Assembly (NCBI GenBank): GCA_965240325.2 | Contig: OZ251227.1 | Span: forward strand, 3,038,001-3,102,000 | Length of the DNA: 64,000 bases | Reading direction: 5' to 3' | Origin: Rebecca billardiae RCC1528 | Taxonomy: Eukaryota > Protista > Haptophyta | Shown here: one piece after another, positions 45,152 through 57,205 of the stretch | Numbering within the stretch: the first letter of the stretch is position 1 | Layout of the letters: each line of letters begins with the position of its first letter | The notes under the pieces: generated by a model | Databases searched by the model: none | What the model was told of the DNA's origin: nothing | The model's input: only the letters and a program-made list of their open reading frames with translations | Translations under genes and position numbers: made by a program

Positions 45152-47194
45152 CACAGTGAACAAAAACGGGATTATCGTCACGGTAACCTGTCCGACACGA
45201 GCCGATTTTCGGGGAAATTCTCGCATGGGCTGCACGAGCGCACAGAAGACGCTACGGTGGTCGCGCAGGCGCTTGGTGAGTGCCCAGGGCATGGGACTGC
45301 AACATCCCAGCCAGCCTCCCCATCTCTCCGCCCCTCTCTGCCTCGCCGGGTTGCACGCGGCTGGCCTGTCACGTAGCTCGTGAGCAGCCATTCGTGAGCG
45401 TGGAGCCCTGCTGCTCAGTGCGGCGATGCGGCGAGGCGAAGCGGCACGTACGATGGCGCATCTTACTCCAAAGGCAGTCTGCTGCCAGCACAGCCACCCT
45501 CGCCGGAGTGCCTGGTCGTCACCTTCGTCGTGTGCACCTGTTGCGCGCGGCTGTCCACAAGCGTTTGCGCAGGCCTCCCCGGAGCCATTCAAGCACGCTC
45601 GTCCTCGACGAGGCGTGCGCGAGGCACCACGCGAGCGCGGGAACGGCCCTTCCCAGCATACTCCTGCACGGCCATCCACCTCGCCACAGCCTGCCATGTC
45701 ACACTCCTCCCCGCACGCAGTGCCCGCGTGCCGCGTGCGAGGCCGGCCCAACCCCAGGCAGAAGGGTGCACAGATATTTTCGACTGCGAGGAGACGGCGG
45801 CGAGCACAGGCGCGCGGCGCCGTCCCGCGCTTCATTGGGATGTTCTAGACCAGTCGCGCGCCCGCGGCACCGCACCCGCCCTCTCCGCGTCGCGTGCCAC
45901 TCCACACCGCGCGCGCCCTCTCGGGCGATGCGAGTCTCGCCATCGACGGCGATCTTGCGGCTGATTCGTACCCGCATGTATTCAACAAATACGACAAATC
46001 GCCGAGCTGAACGCACCTCGTCGCGCGATGGCATGGTCGCGCTGTGTGACGTCGCTCACCGCAGGAAATTCGGTACGCGACGAGAGCACGGCGCACGCGC
46101 ACGGCGCGGCGTGGGAGGTGGGGCGGTGGTGTCCTCGAGCCATCCCGCCCGCGCCGCGGTGCGCCAGCCACCACCTCGCCGCGCCGTGGCCCATGCCGCG
46201 CGGCAGGTGTCGACCACACCGACCTTGCCGCCCAAAAGAGGGCCGCACCGGAAATTCTGTATTTGTTGAATACAGACTTACCCGCGTGCCCGCGGTGCGG
46301 CGGCGGCGTGGCGGCGGCGTGGCGCCGGCGGCGGCGGCGCGGGCAGCCTGACGGGCCAGATAGGGCGCGCCAGGTCGGGGCGATCGTGATGGGATGGTTC
46401 TATACGCACCAGCGCGTGCTCCTGTGCATCTCAAGAGCGCGCTGGGCGCCCTCTCTCGCGCCTATGCCCATCCCACGCGGTCTGAGAAGCCTCTGTTTGG
46501 ACACCGTTGGCTGCGCGCTCGGTCGTGGCTGCCCGGCGGGTCGGAGAGGTCGAGGCGAGCCGGGTCGTTCGCGACGGACGATGTCTATGGGTCATGGCGA
46601 GTGGCAGCACGCAGCTCGGGCGCGCGCCCGGCGCCTCCTCGCCGCGCTACATCCACACCAAGATCTGGCCCCAAAACAGGCTTCAAGAGCGAAAGTCAGT
46701 CTGGGAGCTGCTCAGGCCGCTGTGTGCGGTTTGGCGTACCGCAAACTTGTGGAGCGGGTGCCCACATGGGTTGGGCACAATGCTACAGAACGTTTTTCCG
46801 CGAAACACCACTTCCTCGCCTCTCCGCGCGCGTGCCGCGCGGCCCCCGTGAACTCATCTCAACAGGTCACGTGTGGCCGCCCGTGGAGCGAGGGTGGGCG
46901 AGGAGGGGCGGGCGAGGGTGACGCCGCCCCGGGGAACCGCCTTGGCAAGCCGGCCGACGCCTCGCAGCCCCCCTCGCGGCACACATGCGCGCACGCCCGC
47001 CGCTCGGAGCGCGCCATCGATTCGAATGGGCGTGCGCACGAACGACCATGCTCAGCCGGCTTCGGCCCGATCTTTCTCCACTGTGCGCGGCGCGAAGTGC
47101 CGCGAACGGGGCATGAAAAAAATTCCAGCGCATCCCCACTGGGCGGAAGTGCGGACAGGTTACGGTGACGGCTAAAATCGATTTGTTTACTGTG
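45152..47194. mobile_element. Non-autonomous TIR DNA element with CACAG..CTGTG termini and TA flanks (CACTA/EnSpm-like)
   Basis: Left end TA|cacagtgaacaaa..cgtcacggtaacctgtccg; right end cggacaggttacggtgacg..tttgtttactgtg|TA. Confidence 0.75.
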
Positions 47195-47214
47195 TATATT
47201 AACGAATATGATTA

Positions 47215-50200
47215 AACTTTTCTGAGGATAGCGCACCAGCAATTTCCCTTGACCGCCATCCGGATTTCACGGAGGCCGCGTTCGGAGGCTGAAACGCGCC
47301 ATGGCGCGGCCCATCCTCGCGCGACCGCTCTCGCGAGATCGCGACCGTGCGACCTGCGGCGCGGCGCTCGACGCGCTCTTTCTGCTCGGAGGCCGCGAGG
47401 ACTCCCAGGTGCGCCAGCTCGCGAGCGCGCACCTTCCTCCTCGCTGCGCTCGTCGCGCACGAGCCGATCTGCAGCAGATGTGCAAGGAGCCGCATTGGCC
47501 GTGCTCACGCGCGCGCGGCACGGGCGACACGAAATTTGTTTAGCGCGACCTTTGCGCGCATTCCATTCTCTGATGATGGTACCCTTGAGCCCCGGACTAT
47601 GTCGCGCTAAACGCTTTCGCTCTTCGCCGCTGCGTGCGCGCGCAAAGGAGCACTGCAAAGGCAGTGCACAGCCAGATGCAGTGAGCATTTCTGCTCGTGG
47701 GCGGCCTCCATGGCCTCGAGCGTGGTGACGAGCGCGCCGGTGACCACCGCATGGTCCACCTTGGTGGCGCCGGACAGTCCGGCCGACCCTCGCCGGACTC
47801 CACCCTTGCTGCGCGCTGACTGTTTGCCGGTCGTGCAGCTGCGCCGCCAGCCGCTCGGCGCGAGCGGCGAGCGGCCACATGGTGACACAAGATGGTCGAA
47901 GGCGTGGCAGCGCGGTGGTGCGTGCGATCGGGGGACCCCACCTGAGCTACGACACGGGCGCGCGCGCTCGTCCGTGCTCATCACGGTGGTGGACGCGCGC
48001 GTCACGCGCTCGTCGGCTGTCGCGCGCTGACCGTTGGGCAGCTTTTGGGTGTCTGCGGCGGCCACAGCTCGCTGGTACGGGCCCTATGGTGGCAGCGAGT
48101 GGTACGCGGCGTTGTACTAGGTCCATGTGCGTCACGCACGACGCTCGGGCGGCTCGCCCTCGGACCATTGGCTGAGCCCTACTCGACGCGCGCACTGCGC
48201 GCGGGAGCCGCTCGGCAGCTGCTCCGGGCGCGAAGCGCGCCCCGCGCGCTGCACGTGGGCGCGACGAGGTGGTGCGGCGAGCGTGCGCGAGTGTGTGCGC
48301 GTGATGGGCACCACCATGGCGCTACTTGCCATGCACACCTGCCTCTCGCCACGCCTTCGACACGATAGCTGCGACTGCTGCTCGGAGGTGCGCTCGAGCG
48401 CTCACACGCGTTTGAATCTGGGCTCGGCGGCGACCGCGTGGGCGAGGGGCAGCGCGCTGCACGGTGGCGGAGCGCGTGCGGAGCGCAGCCTACACCTCCT
48501 ACACGCTCCATCCAGACACATCGCGCATGCTCGCGCGACCTCCTCGGTCCATCACGCACGCGTGCGCGCGCAAGCAGGTGCGCACCCGCCAGGCGCGAGC
48601 ACGGCGCGCCGCGTTGGCGCGCGCGCACCGGTACCCGTGCGCAGCTCGACGAGCGAGCGCGGTGTGTTTCGATGCGTATGGGGAGGCTCGAATTTACGCG
48701 CGCGCACGCGCCGGCCCTCGCCGCCCCTTCGCTCGCCCACGCTTCATCTGCGCGCTGGGCGTTTGCACGCAGCTGCTCATCCTTTCCAACACGTGCACAA
48801 ACGAGCAGATGGCGCTGGGCGAGGTCGATTGGTGCATCAGATATTCGGCAACGACCAGCCCGGCTCGTGTGCCGCCGCTCGTGCTACTCTCGAAGACCAC
48901 CTCTGGCTCGGTCGCGCGCACGAGGCTGCTCGCGGGCCGAATCGTGCCGTGTACCGTCAAGCTGTACCGTGCGCAGCGAGGCGCACTCAGACGTCGGCGT
49001 GGGCTCGCATGCGAGGGCCCAGCGGTGCGACTCGGCGATGGAGCATGCTCCGGATACGCTTTGGCGCACTTCCCGACGCGCACGAGCCGCTCGAAGGCGC
49101 GGAAGGGCGCCCAAACGGGGCAACCGCCATTTTGCGCCACTTCGGCCCCGATGGCGGTCAAGGGAAATTGCTGGTGCGCTATGGGGGGGGCTGGGTTAGT
49201 TTTGGGGTGCCCTCAACTGCCAAAACCACCCATCGCGGAGAGGCTTGGACGGACGCAAGATGGGCACCCCTCGCCCTCGCCGTCGAGGACAAGCCGGAGG
49301 ACGCCCGTGTCGGTAAGGCACCCGCTGGGGCCGGGTCGCCGCGGCCGCACATGCTCGCGCCAGGCGCGTTTGAAAATGACCCCAAACGAGCCCACCCCAA
49401 AACTAACCCGGGAGGCGCGTGCGCACGCGCGGCGCGAGCTCGTGGGCAGCATTGCTGGCGAAGCGAGCCGCCTTCTCGTGCTGCCCAGGCTGGGGATCCC
49501 CCCGCAATCACTCCTGATGAGGCGGAAGCGACGCGCCGAAGCACTCCCGATGCCACCGAGACGGGCAGAGCCGTTGCCCAGCGTCGCCTTGTGGGACATG
49601 GCGAGCCGCTGGAGCGGCCATGCTCTCCCAGTTCGCGCGGCCACCAGGGTTCGTGGCCGAATTCCCCCCCGAATGATTCGGGGGGGAATTTTCGGGGGGG
49701 AATCCGAATTCTGGCCTCCATCTTCGGGGGGGAATTCTGGCTGTCCGGGTCGGGGCGTGTGATCCGGACTCCCAGCATGGCACGCCACAGTGGCGTGCCC
49801 GGGCATAACAGCGACTGTGAGTCGGTCACTGCGACAGCACCAGTCCGCACGCAGTGAATGTCACAGTCCTGCACAGCCATGGATCTCACCTTAACTACCT
49901 CAGGATCAGACTCGATCTCGACGAATGGCTGGTCCCATCCGCCGGGCCCGCCCGTCCTCGCGGGCGTTGTCAGCTCAGCACACCGTGCGAGTCGGGCTCC
50001 GCAGCGCTGCCGAGCACAGGCAGTGCCTACTGCTTGCCGCGCCAACCATGCAGTAGATGGCAGGAGTCAAGTCAAGGCAGGCTTCGCCGAGGACAGTGTC
50101 CCCGTCCGAGAACACGGCGCCCGGCAGACCGGCTGCCGTTGCGCTGCCGGTCAACGCGCGTCACCACACGGACACGGTTCCCCGCACCGCGAAACTGCAC

Positions 50201-50541
50201 TGACAATCGGTGTACCGGGCTCTGACCGAACCACACCACCAGCTGCTCCAGGGCCCGGCACGGCCGCTGCGAGCATATTAGTTGGGCACGGCATGACGTC
50301 GACGGCACGCGAATCCGCCGACGCCATGCCGTGCCAGCCGCCCGGGCCACATTCGGGTCCGGATGTGGCCCACCCCGAAATTCGGACCCCGAAATTCGGG
50401 GTCCGAATCCGAAGGCTGGGTCATTCGGACCGAATTCTCGAACCCTGGCGGCCACCCCAGTGCGGCGGCCAGTGGCACCCCAAAACTAACCCCACCCCAA
50501 AACTAACAATGACCAGCCCCCCCCATATCCTCAGAAAAGTT
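47215..50541. mobile_element. Outer non-autonomous TIR element whose left TIR is interrupted by a nested element
   Basis: Left end aacttttctgagga-TA[insert]TA-tggggggggctgg is the reverse complement of the right end ccagccccccccatatcctcagaaaagtt. Subterminal ccccaaaactaacc and cc(c)gaa(a)ttcgg repeats are present. Confidence 0.8.
47231..49179. mobile_element. Nested non-autonomous TIR element with perfect 30-bp TIRs and a TA TSD
   Basis: gcgcaccagcaatttcccttgaccgccatc at 47231, with its reverse complement ending at 49179. TA at 47229-30 and 49180-81. Confidence 0.88.
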
Positions 50542-51607
50542 TACACATATATACTACTAGTACTACTACTGACTACTACTACTACTACCGCCTACTCGGC
50601 AGTACTACTATACTATAATAAATACTACTACTACTACTACTACTATACTACTACTACTACAATACTACTACTAATAAATGACCGCGTTCCGCGGTCCTTC
50701 CGTAGAACCAACGTAGTTAGGGGCCCGCGGTGCAACCTTCGTCGGCTGCTGTCGATCAGTCTGACTGACATGGCGGGCCGAGGACTGTCGCCGCGGGCCG
50801 CGCGGCGGGAAGCGCGGCCGCCGGGGCGGCGCGCGCGCGCAGGGCGAGAGGCGCAGCGCGGCGCGGGCTGCGGCGCGTGCGGGCGTGCGGGCGCACCTGC
50901 TTGAGGTGCTCGCGCTGCGCCATGCGCTCGACGACGGGCCGCTGGTCGCTCAGCCGGCGCGCCTCGTGCCGGCAGAGCGAGAGCGCGCGCCACCGTGCCA
51001 GCAGTGCCTGCTGGCCGAGTGGCGCGCTCCGCCCCGTGCACCGCGGGCGGAGTGGAACGAGGCCGGAGCGGCGCGTCGCGCCTGCCGCCGCGCGTGCGCG
51101 CCTGCTCCACCGCGCCGCGCCGTGCTCGCCCGCCGCCTCCTCGTCCGCCACGTCGGCCTCGAAGCCACGGCGGCGGCCAGCCCGTGGCGCGGCAGGCCGT
51201 GACAATCGGCAGCCCCGGTGGCCGTGCGTGCTCGCCGAGTTGCTGCTGCTGCACCTCCGGCGCGGTCGACGACCGAGTTGAGGAGGAGCTCGCGCTCGGC
51301 GTCGAGGAGCGAGCTCGCGAGCTCGAGCTCGCCCTTCAGCCGCGCGCTAGCTCCGGGCGCATCCGGCTCATCTCCGCTGCGGCGTGCCGTCGCGGCGCGC
51401 TCCCGTCCTCATTCCTCAAGCGACGAGCTCGCGTAGTGCTCCGGACTCGGCTCGCCCTTGCGCGCTCCTCCTCGAGCGACGAACGCGCCCTCGGGTAGGT
51501 TGTTGGGCGCGCGCCGACTCGGCGTGACTCGGCCACGCGGCCCGGCAAGACGACAGACAGACCGGTGGGCGCGCTCGATGCGAGCGGAGCGCGAGGGCCG
51601 GGCGCCA

Positions 51608-52033
51608 GACGGAGTAGGCGCGGGGCCTGCGAGGCGACAGGTGCGCTCGGGGAGAGCAGAGTGCGAGGGCGAGAGGCAGCGGCCGGCCGGCCCCCGCCAC
51701 CACCTCGCGCACCGCGGCGTACTGCGGCGGCACGCGCACGCACGGTCCCCGCGGTCCCGGAGTCAATCAAGCACTCCACGCGTCGCGCGGCTCGCGCCGG
51801 CGCGTACCGGCGCGAGTCGTGAGACGGAGTAGACGCGGGGCCTGCGAGGCGACGACAGGCGCGCTCGGGGAGAGCAGAGTGCGAGGGCGAGAGGCAGCGG
51901 CCGGCCGGCCCCCGCCACCACCTCGCGCACCGCGGCGTACTGCGGCGGCACGCGCACGCACGCAGGTCCCCGGTCCGACGGTCAAGCACTCCACGCGTCG
52001 CGGCAGGCCCCGCGTCTACTCCGTCTCACGACT
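51608..52033. repeat. ~180-bp tandem duplication plus a short inverted copy
   Basis: 51608-51788 resembles 51823-52001. 52002-52033 is the reverse complement of 51815-51845. Confidence 0.8.
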
Positions 52034-52846
52034 CCGCGCCGGTACCCCGGTACGCGCCGGCCCGAGCATTTCGTCTGCGTGCTGTATACGGAGTGATCAT
52101 CTTTTGTCTGCAGTGCGCCCTCTCGGTCTAGTGGCTTCCGCGGGAACCATGTCCATTTACGACCATGCACGTTCAACCGTATCGATCGTCGGAAGATTGA
52201 ACGGGAACCCCCTTGGTAGAATCAATACCCTGCTTGCGTCTCTTATTCTTAGTAAACTGTAGGACCCCCGTGATGCACATGCACTTTTAAAAAATAACAC
52301 GTCCGGCCCTGGGTCCGGTTGCTGGTCTCGGGCTGGCGACGAAGTTTTGGTCTGCCGTATGAATATTTACAACAAATCGCAGCTAGATATTCGTTCACTA
52401 CCCAGGTATACTGAGAAAGGTGCGCCCAGGCTCACGTCCGTCCGTAGATACGGAATTGGAGTGGGCGCGGCTATTTCGTCAATCGCGTAGTTGCTAATGC
52501 ATCAGAGCAATGGGCGCCAACGTTTACGTACCCCTCGAAAAAGCGAAAACTCACCCTCCAACATCACCCCTCAAAATCGTCCCCCGTCCCCTTTTCTTTG
52601 ATCAAAAGATCTTTTTGACAACGTAGTGAGGGCCCCCGGCGGGGCTCCACGCTACGCGCTCCGCCCTACACCGCGGGCCATAAATAAATAAATATAGCAA
52701 GCTAGCTAGCTTATTCGTCACTAGAGATGCTGAGGCTGCTGCGGCGTCATCATTAAATTTGAGGCCGGAACATTCGCTTTCAGGATGGAGTTGACGACAT
52801 TGTCCGGCATCCGCCCTGCGGCATAGTACGCGCCGCCCATCGCCGT

Positions 52847-53737
52847 TCAGCTCGTCGCGGGCGGCAGGTTCCGCAGCGCGTCCTCCAGCGGCAGCCCCTG
52901 CTGCGCCGCCGCCGCCTCGTCCGCCTGCGGCCGCGGCCTGAGCTTGAGCTCGGCGAACTCGCCCTGGCCGAGCGAGAAGCGCGTGTGCTCGCGCAGGTCC
53001 TCGCCGAGCGCCGCGGCGCGCAGGACGGAGAGCACGTCGGAGGAGGGCGAGACGAGGACGACGTCGGCGCCGGTGTACGAGGTCTCGATGATCGAGACGA
53101 TGTTGCGCGTGCGCACGAGCAGGTCGCCCGCGCTCTCGCTCGGCGTGCCATCGTCGCCCGGCGGCGGCCGTTGCAGCGGGTCGGTCGCGTCCATGCGGCG
53201 CACGTCGTCGAGCACGCTCACGCCCTTGCCCTCGAAGGCGCCGACGCCGCGCGGGTCGAGCCAGGCGAAGTCGGGGACCATGTTGCTCGTCGAGATGCCC
53301 AGCTCGCGCTGCAGCACCAGCGCCGACTGCTGCGACGGCGCCGCTTTGTTGTAGTACACCCAGCAGCCGGCGCCGCCCGCGAGCCCCGCGCCCTCCAGCG
53401 CCTTGGCGGCGCTCTTGACCTGCTCGACGCCGGTGGGCGTGAGGTACGAGGTGGGGCCGAGCGTCGCGATCGGGTTCGCCTCGATGCGCCCCGACGCCTC
53501 CGCGCGCGTCTCGCCCGCTCGGAGCAGGAAGTAGCGGTTGTTGAGCTGCTCGGGCGGGAAGAAGACAAGCCCGTTCGCGCCGCACGGCGCGGGGCGGAGC
53601 TGGAGGCCGGCGAGCGCGGACGCGAGGGCGGTCGAGTGCGCCACGCGCAGCAGCTGGCGCCGATGCACGGACGGGCCGACGCCCCCGACGCCCACGACGC
53701 CCGTCGCGAGCACGGCGAGCGTCCAGGACGGCCCCAT
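52847..53737 (-). CDS. Histidine-phosphatase/phosphoglycerate-mutase-like protein, probably plastid (thylakoid lumen) targeted
   Basis: Motifs NRYFLLRAGE, LTPTGVEQ, LDPRGVGAFEG, DGTPSES..L..R and VVLVSPSSDVL. The presequence has a signal peptide and an RR + hydrophobic segment. Confidence 0.8.
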   Translation of the reverse strand: MGPSWTLAVLATGVVGVGGVGPSVHRRQLLRVAHSTALASALAGLQLRPAPCGANGLVFFPPEQLNNRYFLLRAGETRAEASGRIEANPIATLGPTSYLTPTGVEQVKSAAKALEGAGLAGGAGCWVYYNKAAPSQQSALVLQRELGISTSNMVPDFAWLDPRGVGAFEGKGVSVLDDVRRMDATDPLQRPPPGDDGTPSESAGDLLVRTRNIVSIIETSYTGADVVLVSPSSDVLSVLRAAALGEDLREHTRFSLGQGEFAELKLRPRPQADEAAAAQQGLPLEDALRNLPPATS

Positions 53738-53865
53738 CGCGGTGAGGGCCGCGCGCTCGCCGCCGCCGCGCTTTCCGGGTGGGGCGCACTTTGCAGGACT
53801 CCGGACGTGGCCGCGTGGTCACTGGTCAGCCCAAACAACCTGCGCGACTTCCGGCAAGCGACACG

Positions 53866-55779
53866 ATGGCGAAGGGACGCGCGCGGAAAGCCGGGCCGCG
53901 CACCGTGCGCGTCGTGTGCGCGCCTCCGGAAGACGACCCGGACGCCGACGCGCGCGCGCGCGTGCTCGAGGCGCACGGGCTGCGCGGATGGGACACCGAC
54001 GTGCGCGCCGGCTTCGGCATGCCGCCCGAACTTCTCGAGCGCGCGCGTGTCGTGTGCATGTCTGAGCAGGAGCTGTACCTCGCGCCCGAGCCGCCCATGG
54101 CCGACGAGGCGGGCGGCACGAGCCGGCCGCTCGGGCGCCGTCGGCCGGTGGACGCGCTGAGCGCGCGCACTGAGCGGCTCGCGCTCGTCCGCGCCCGCGA
54201 CGCGCTCCGCGCCCTGCCCGCGGCCGACGCGGACGCGGTGGAGGGCGCTCTCGGCGAGGCCGCGGACCGCCTCGGCTTCGTCGCGGCGCCGTCGGCCGTG
54301 CTCGACCCGGCGGGCGGGGTCGAGGGGCTCGAGGCGCAGCAGGCCACGCTCGCCGAGATGTGCGCGCAGCTCGGCATCGACTGCGCCCTCCGCCTCGCGC
54401 GCACGCGGCCGGGCGGCCGCGGGCTCGTCGCGGCCCGCGCCGTGCGCGCGGGCGAGCCTGTGCTCTCCGTGCCGCTCCGCGCGCTCGTGAGCGCGCGCGC
54501 GGCGTGCGCGGCGGAGCCCGAGCTCGGCGAGGCGCTCGGCGCGGTGGACGAGGGCGAGTGGACCGCGCAGCTCCGGCTGATGCTCGTCGTGCTGCGCGAG
54601 CGTCGGAAGGGCGAGTGCTCGGCGTGGGCACCGTGGCTGCGGCTGCTGCCCGGGCAGTTCGACGACTGCACGCAGTGGGAGGAGGCGTGGGCGTGCGCGC
54701 TGCCGCAGGCGCTGTACTGGGTGCGCCACGCCGCGCGCGCCGAGCTCGAGCTCTTCCGCACCGCCACCGTCCCCGAGCTGCTCGCGCGCCACCCGCAGCT
54801 GCTGCCAGACTCCAAGCGGCCGGTCTCGGAGTCAGAGTGGGCGTGGGCGCGCGGCGTGGTCGCGACGCGCGCCATCAACCTGCGGCTGAGTCCGGAGGCG
54901 TCGGACGAGCCGGAGCCGGCGGTCGTGCCGGTGCTCGACATGCTCAACCACTCGCCGCTCGCGCAGCTCGCGCACGCCGTCGAGCCGCCGCCGAGCGCGG
55001 CCGCGCCCGCGGCCGCCGCCCCGGCCGCCGCCGTCGCCGCCGCCGCCGCCGCCGCCGCGGCGCCGAGCGCGCACGCCGCCGCGCCGAGCGCGGACGGGCC
55101 CTCCGCGGCGGACCTCGCCCGCTGCGGCGCGGGCGCGGTGGTGCTGCGCGCGCTCGTGCCGCTCAAGCCCTCCGAGGTGGCCTGCCTCGACTACGGCGCG
55201 GGGCTCGGCGCTATCGAGCTGCTGCTGCAGCACGGCGCGTGGGTCGCGCCGCCCTCGCGCGAGGCGGCGCAGCTGGCGATTGCAGTGCAGCTGCCCGAGG
55301 CGCGCGTGGCGGAGGCGTGCCTCCCGGCGGCCATCATGCTCGCGCAGACGAGCCCCGGCGGCGCGGGCACGCACTGGCTGGTCGAGGGCGCGGGCGGCGT
55401 GCCGCCGCGCCTCCTCCTCGCCGCGCGCCTCTGCTGCCTCGCCGAGGCGGAAGTGAAGGGCGCCGCGCGCGCGCTCAAGGGCGAGCGCGTGAGCGCGGAC
55501 AACGAGCGGCAGAGCCTCGCGCTGATTCGCTCGGCGCTGGAGGACCTGCTCGTGCCCGCGCCCGCGACGGGGGGCGCCGAGGCCGGCGCCGCGCGCGGCG
55601 ACGACGACGGCGCCACCCTCCGCGCCATCCGCGCCCTCTCCGACGCGTACCAGGCCACCGTGCGCGAGGTGCTGGAGCACCTGGACTCGCTGGCCAAGGC
55701 CGAGGCTGAGGCGAACGAGGCGGGCGCGGGCGCGCCGGCGGCGGCGGAGGCGGCGCTCCCCGCAGTGGCTGAGCAGTAG
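53866..55779 (+). CDS. SET-domain protein-lysine/histidine methyltransferase (Rubisco LSMT/SETD3-like)
   Basis: Motifs GRGLVAARAVRAGEPVLSVP, WAPWLRLLP, WARGVVATRA, VVPVLDMLNHS, LDYG..ELLLQHG and VSADNE. Confidence 0.85.
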   Translation: MAKGRARKAGPRTVRVVCAPPEDDPDADARARVLEAHGLRGWDTDVRAGFGMPPELLERARVVCMSEQELYLAPEPPMADEAGGTSRPLGRRRPVDALSARTERLALVRARDALRALPAADADAVEGALGEAADRLGFVAAPSAVLDPAGGVEGLEAQQATLAEMCAQLGIDCALRLARTRPGGRGLVAARAVRAGEPVLSVPLRALVSARAACAAEPELGEALGAVDEGEWTAQLRLMLVVLRERRKGECSAWAPWLRLLPGQFDDCTQWEEAWACALPQALYWVRHAARAELELFRTATVPELLARHPQLLPDSKRPVSESEWAWARGVVATRAINLRLSPEASDEPEPAVVPVLDMLNHSPLAQLAHAVEPPPSAAAPAAAAPAAAVAAAAAAAAAPSAHAAAPSADGPSAADLARCGAGAVVLRALVPLKPSEVACLDYGAGLGAIELLLQHGAWVAPPSREAAQLAIAVQLPEARVAEACLPAAIMLAQTSPGGAGTHWLVEGAGGVPPRLLLAARLCCLAEAEVKGAARALKGERVSADNERQSLALIRSALEDLLVPAPATGGAEAGAARGDDDGATLRAIRALSDAYQATVREVLEHLDSLAKAEAEANEAGAGAPAAAEAALPAVAEQ

Positions 55780-56147
55780 CGCCGCCGGCCGCTCCAGCCT
55801 GCGGCGCGGGCGGCGGGGGCTTGAATGCAGAATTCGAGTGAGTGGGACGGCGTGCCGACCCAGCAGGATGCGATGCGTGCCGCGCAGCCAGCTGTCCCGA
55901 GACGACGATGTCAACGTGCGTCGAAGCCGAGGGCGAGTGCCCCGAGTCACGAGGCGTGCCAGAACGCCCACATACACGGCACACCGGCACACGCCACACG
56001 TGACACGGTCGAACGGCGCGGCGCATGCGCAGACAGCCGGCAGTCGCCGGGCATCGTCATTCGTCACTGTTGCCAGCGAGCGGACTGTTCGGGCGTTCGG
56101 CGGGGTCATCGCCGTAGCCGTAGCTAGTCACTACGACTAACACGGTA

Positions 56148-56274
<127 letters not shown>

Positions 56275-56352
56275 CGTGTCATCGCGTAGTAAAGCTACAG
56301 GTACTACTAGGCTGTAGTCCGACGTCTCTCTCTCTCTGACTCTGTGCCGAGC

Positions 56353-56904
56353 ATGAAGGTACGACACGAGCGCTGCTTCGAGATCTTGCGCGAGATTGAT
56401 GAATGCGGGCAGGCAAATGAATATCGCTCGCGCTCAGCGCGGGCGAGCGCGCGACGTGCCTCGACAAGCTGGACACGTGCCCATTTGGAGCTTCTCCAAC
56501 AGGCCGCAAGCAGGCGACCGCCATACTGGCCAGGCTGAACACACACTTGCTCGTGGTCAATTCACAGGTCGAGCGCATCCAGCTGGGGCCAGGTGGCCAG
56601 TCGATCGAACACGTGCTCCCCCAGAACGTGGCGCCTGACAGCGTTGACTGGCTGGAGGACTGGCCCGATTCGAGCGAGCGCGAGCAGTGGCTACACCGCA
56701 TCGGCAATCTTGCGCTGCTCAACCAGAAGCGCAACACCAAGATCGGGAACAAGCCCTTCTCCACCAAGCGCACACTGCTGCGCGAGTCACCATACCCCCT
56801 CACCAGCGCCATTGGCGATGTGCAGCATTGGCACCCGGCCGATGTTGAGGCCAATCATCGCACGCAAGATCAAAGACCTCAGCGCAGAAGTGTGGCGGCT
56901 CTGA
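56353..56904 (+). pseudogene. Frameshifted C-terminal fragment of a GmrSD-family (DUF1524, HNH-type) restriction endonuclease
   Basis: SIEHVLPQ..W..W..REQWLHRIGNLALLNQKRNTKIGNKPFSTKR..SPYPLT..W. Frameshifts near 56420 and ~56860 (KIKDLSAEVWRL* lies in another frame). No DUF262 half is present. Confidence 0.78.
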
Positions 56905-57205
56905 TCTGAATAAATCACGCGGTCGTACACATCGGAGTCCGGTCGTCATCATCACTACGGCGCTACTCTACATAGCAGCACGATAGTCGCGATACTGATG
57001 AGTATTACGTCACTATTAAACTGAGCACGCGCCGCGGTGACACACCGCACACGCCCCGACGGATTCAAGCGCACGCGTGCCGTGGCCGATATATATTCAT
57101 ATAATCATATTGGCACGCAGTCGTGTCAATGACAGCGGCGCGCGCAGGCTGCAGTGCATGTCCGCCATCCAGTCATCTGCTGTCATCTGTCTGTGAGTGG
57201 CATCG

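Noticed and set aside
49395-50510. CCCCAAAA telomere-like words
   Set aside because: They are isolated subterminal motifs of a TIR element, not tandem telomeric repeats.
50756-51500. Coding-like minus-strand fragments
   Set aside because: Frames are inconsistent and no family is identifiable. Possibly a decayed gene, but not supportable.
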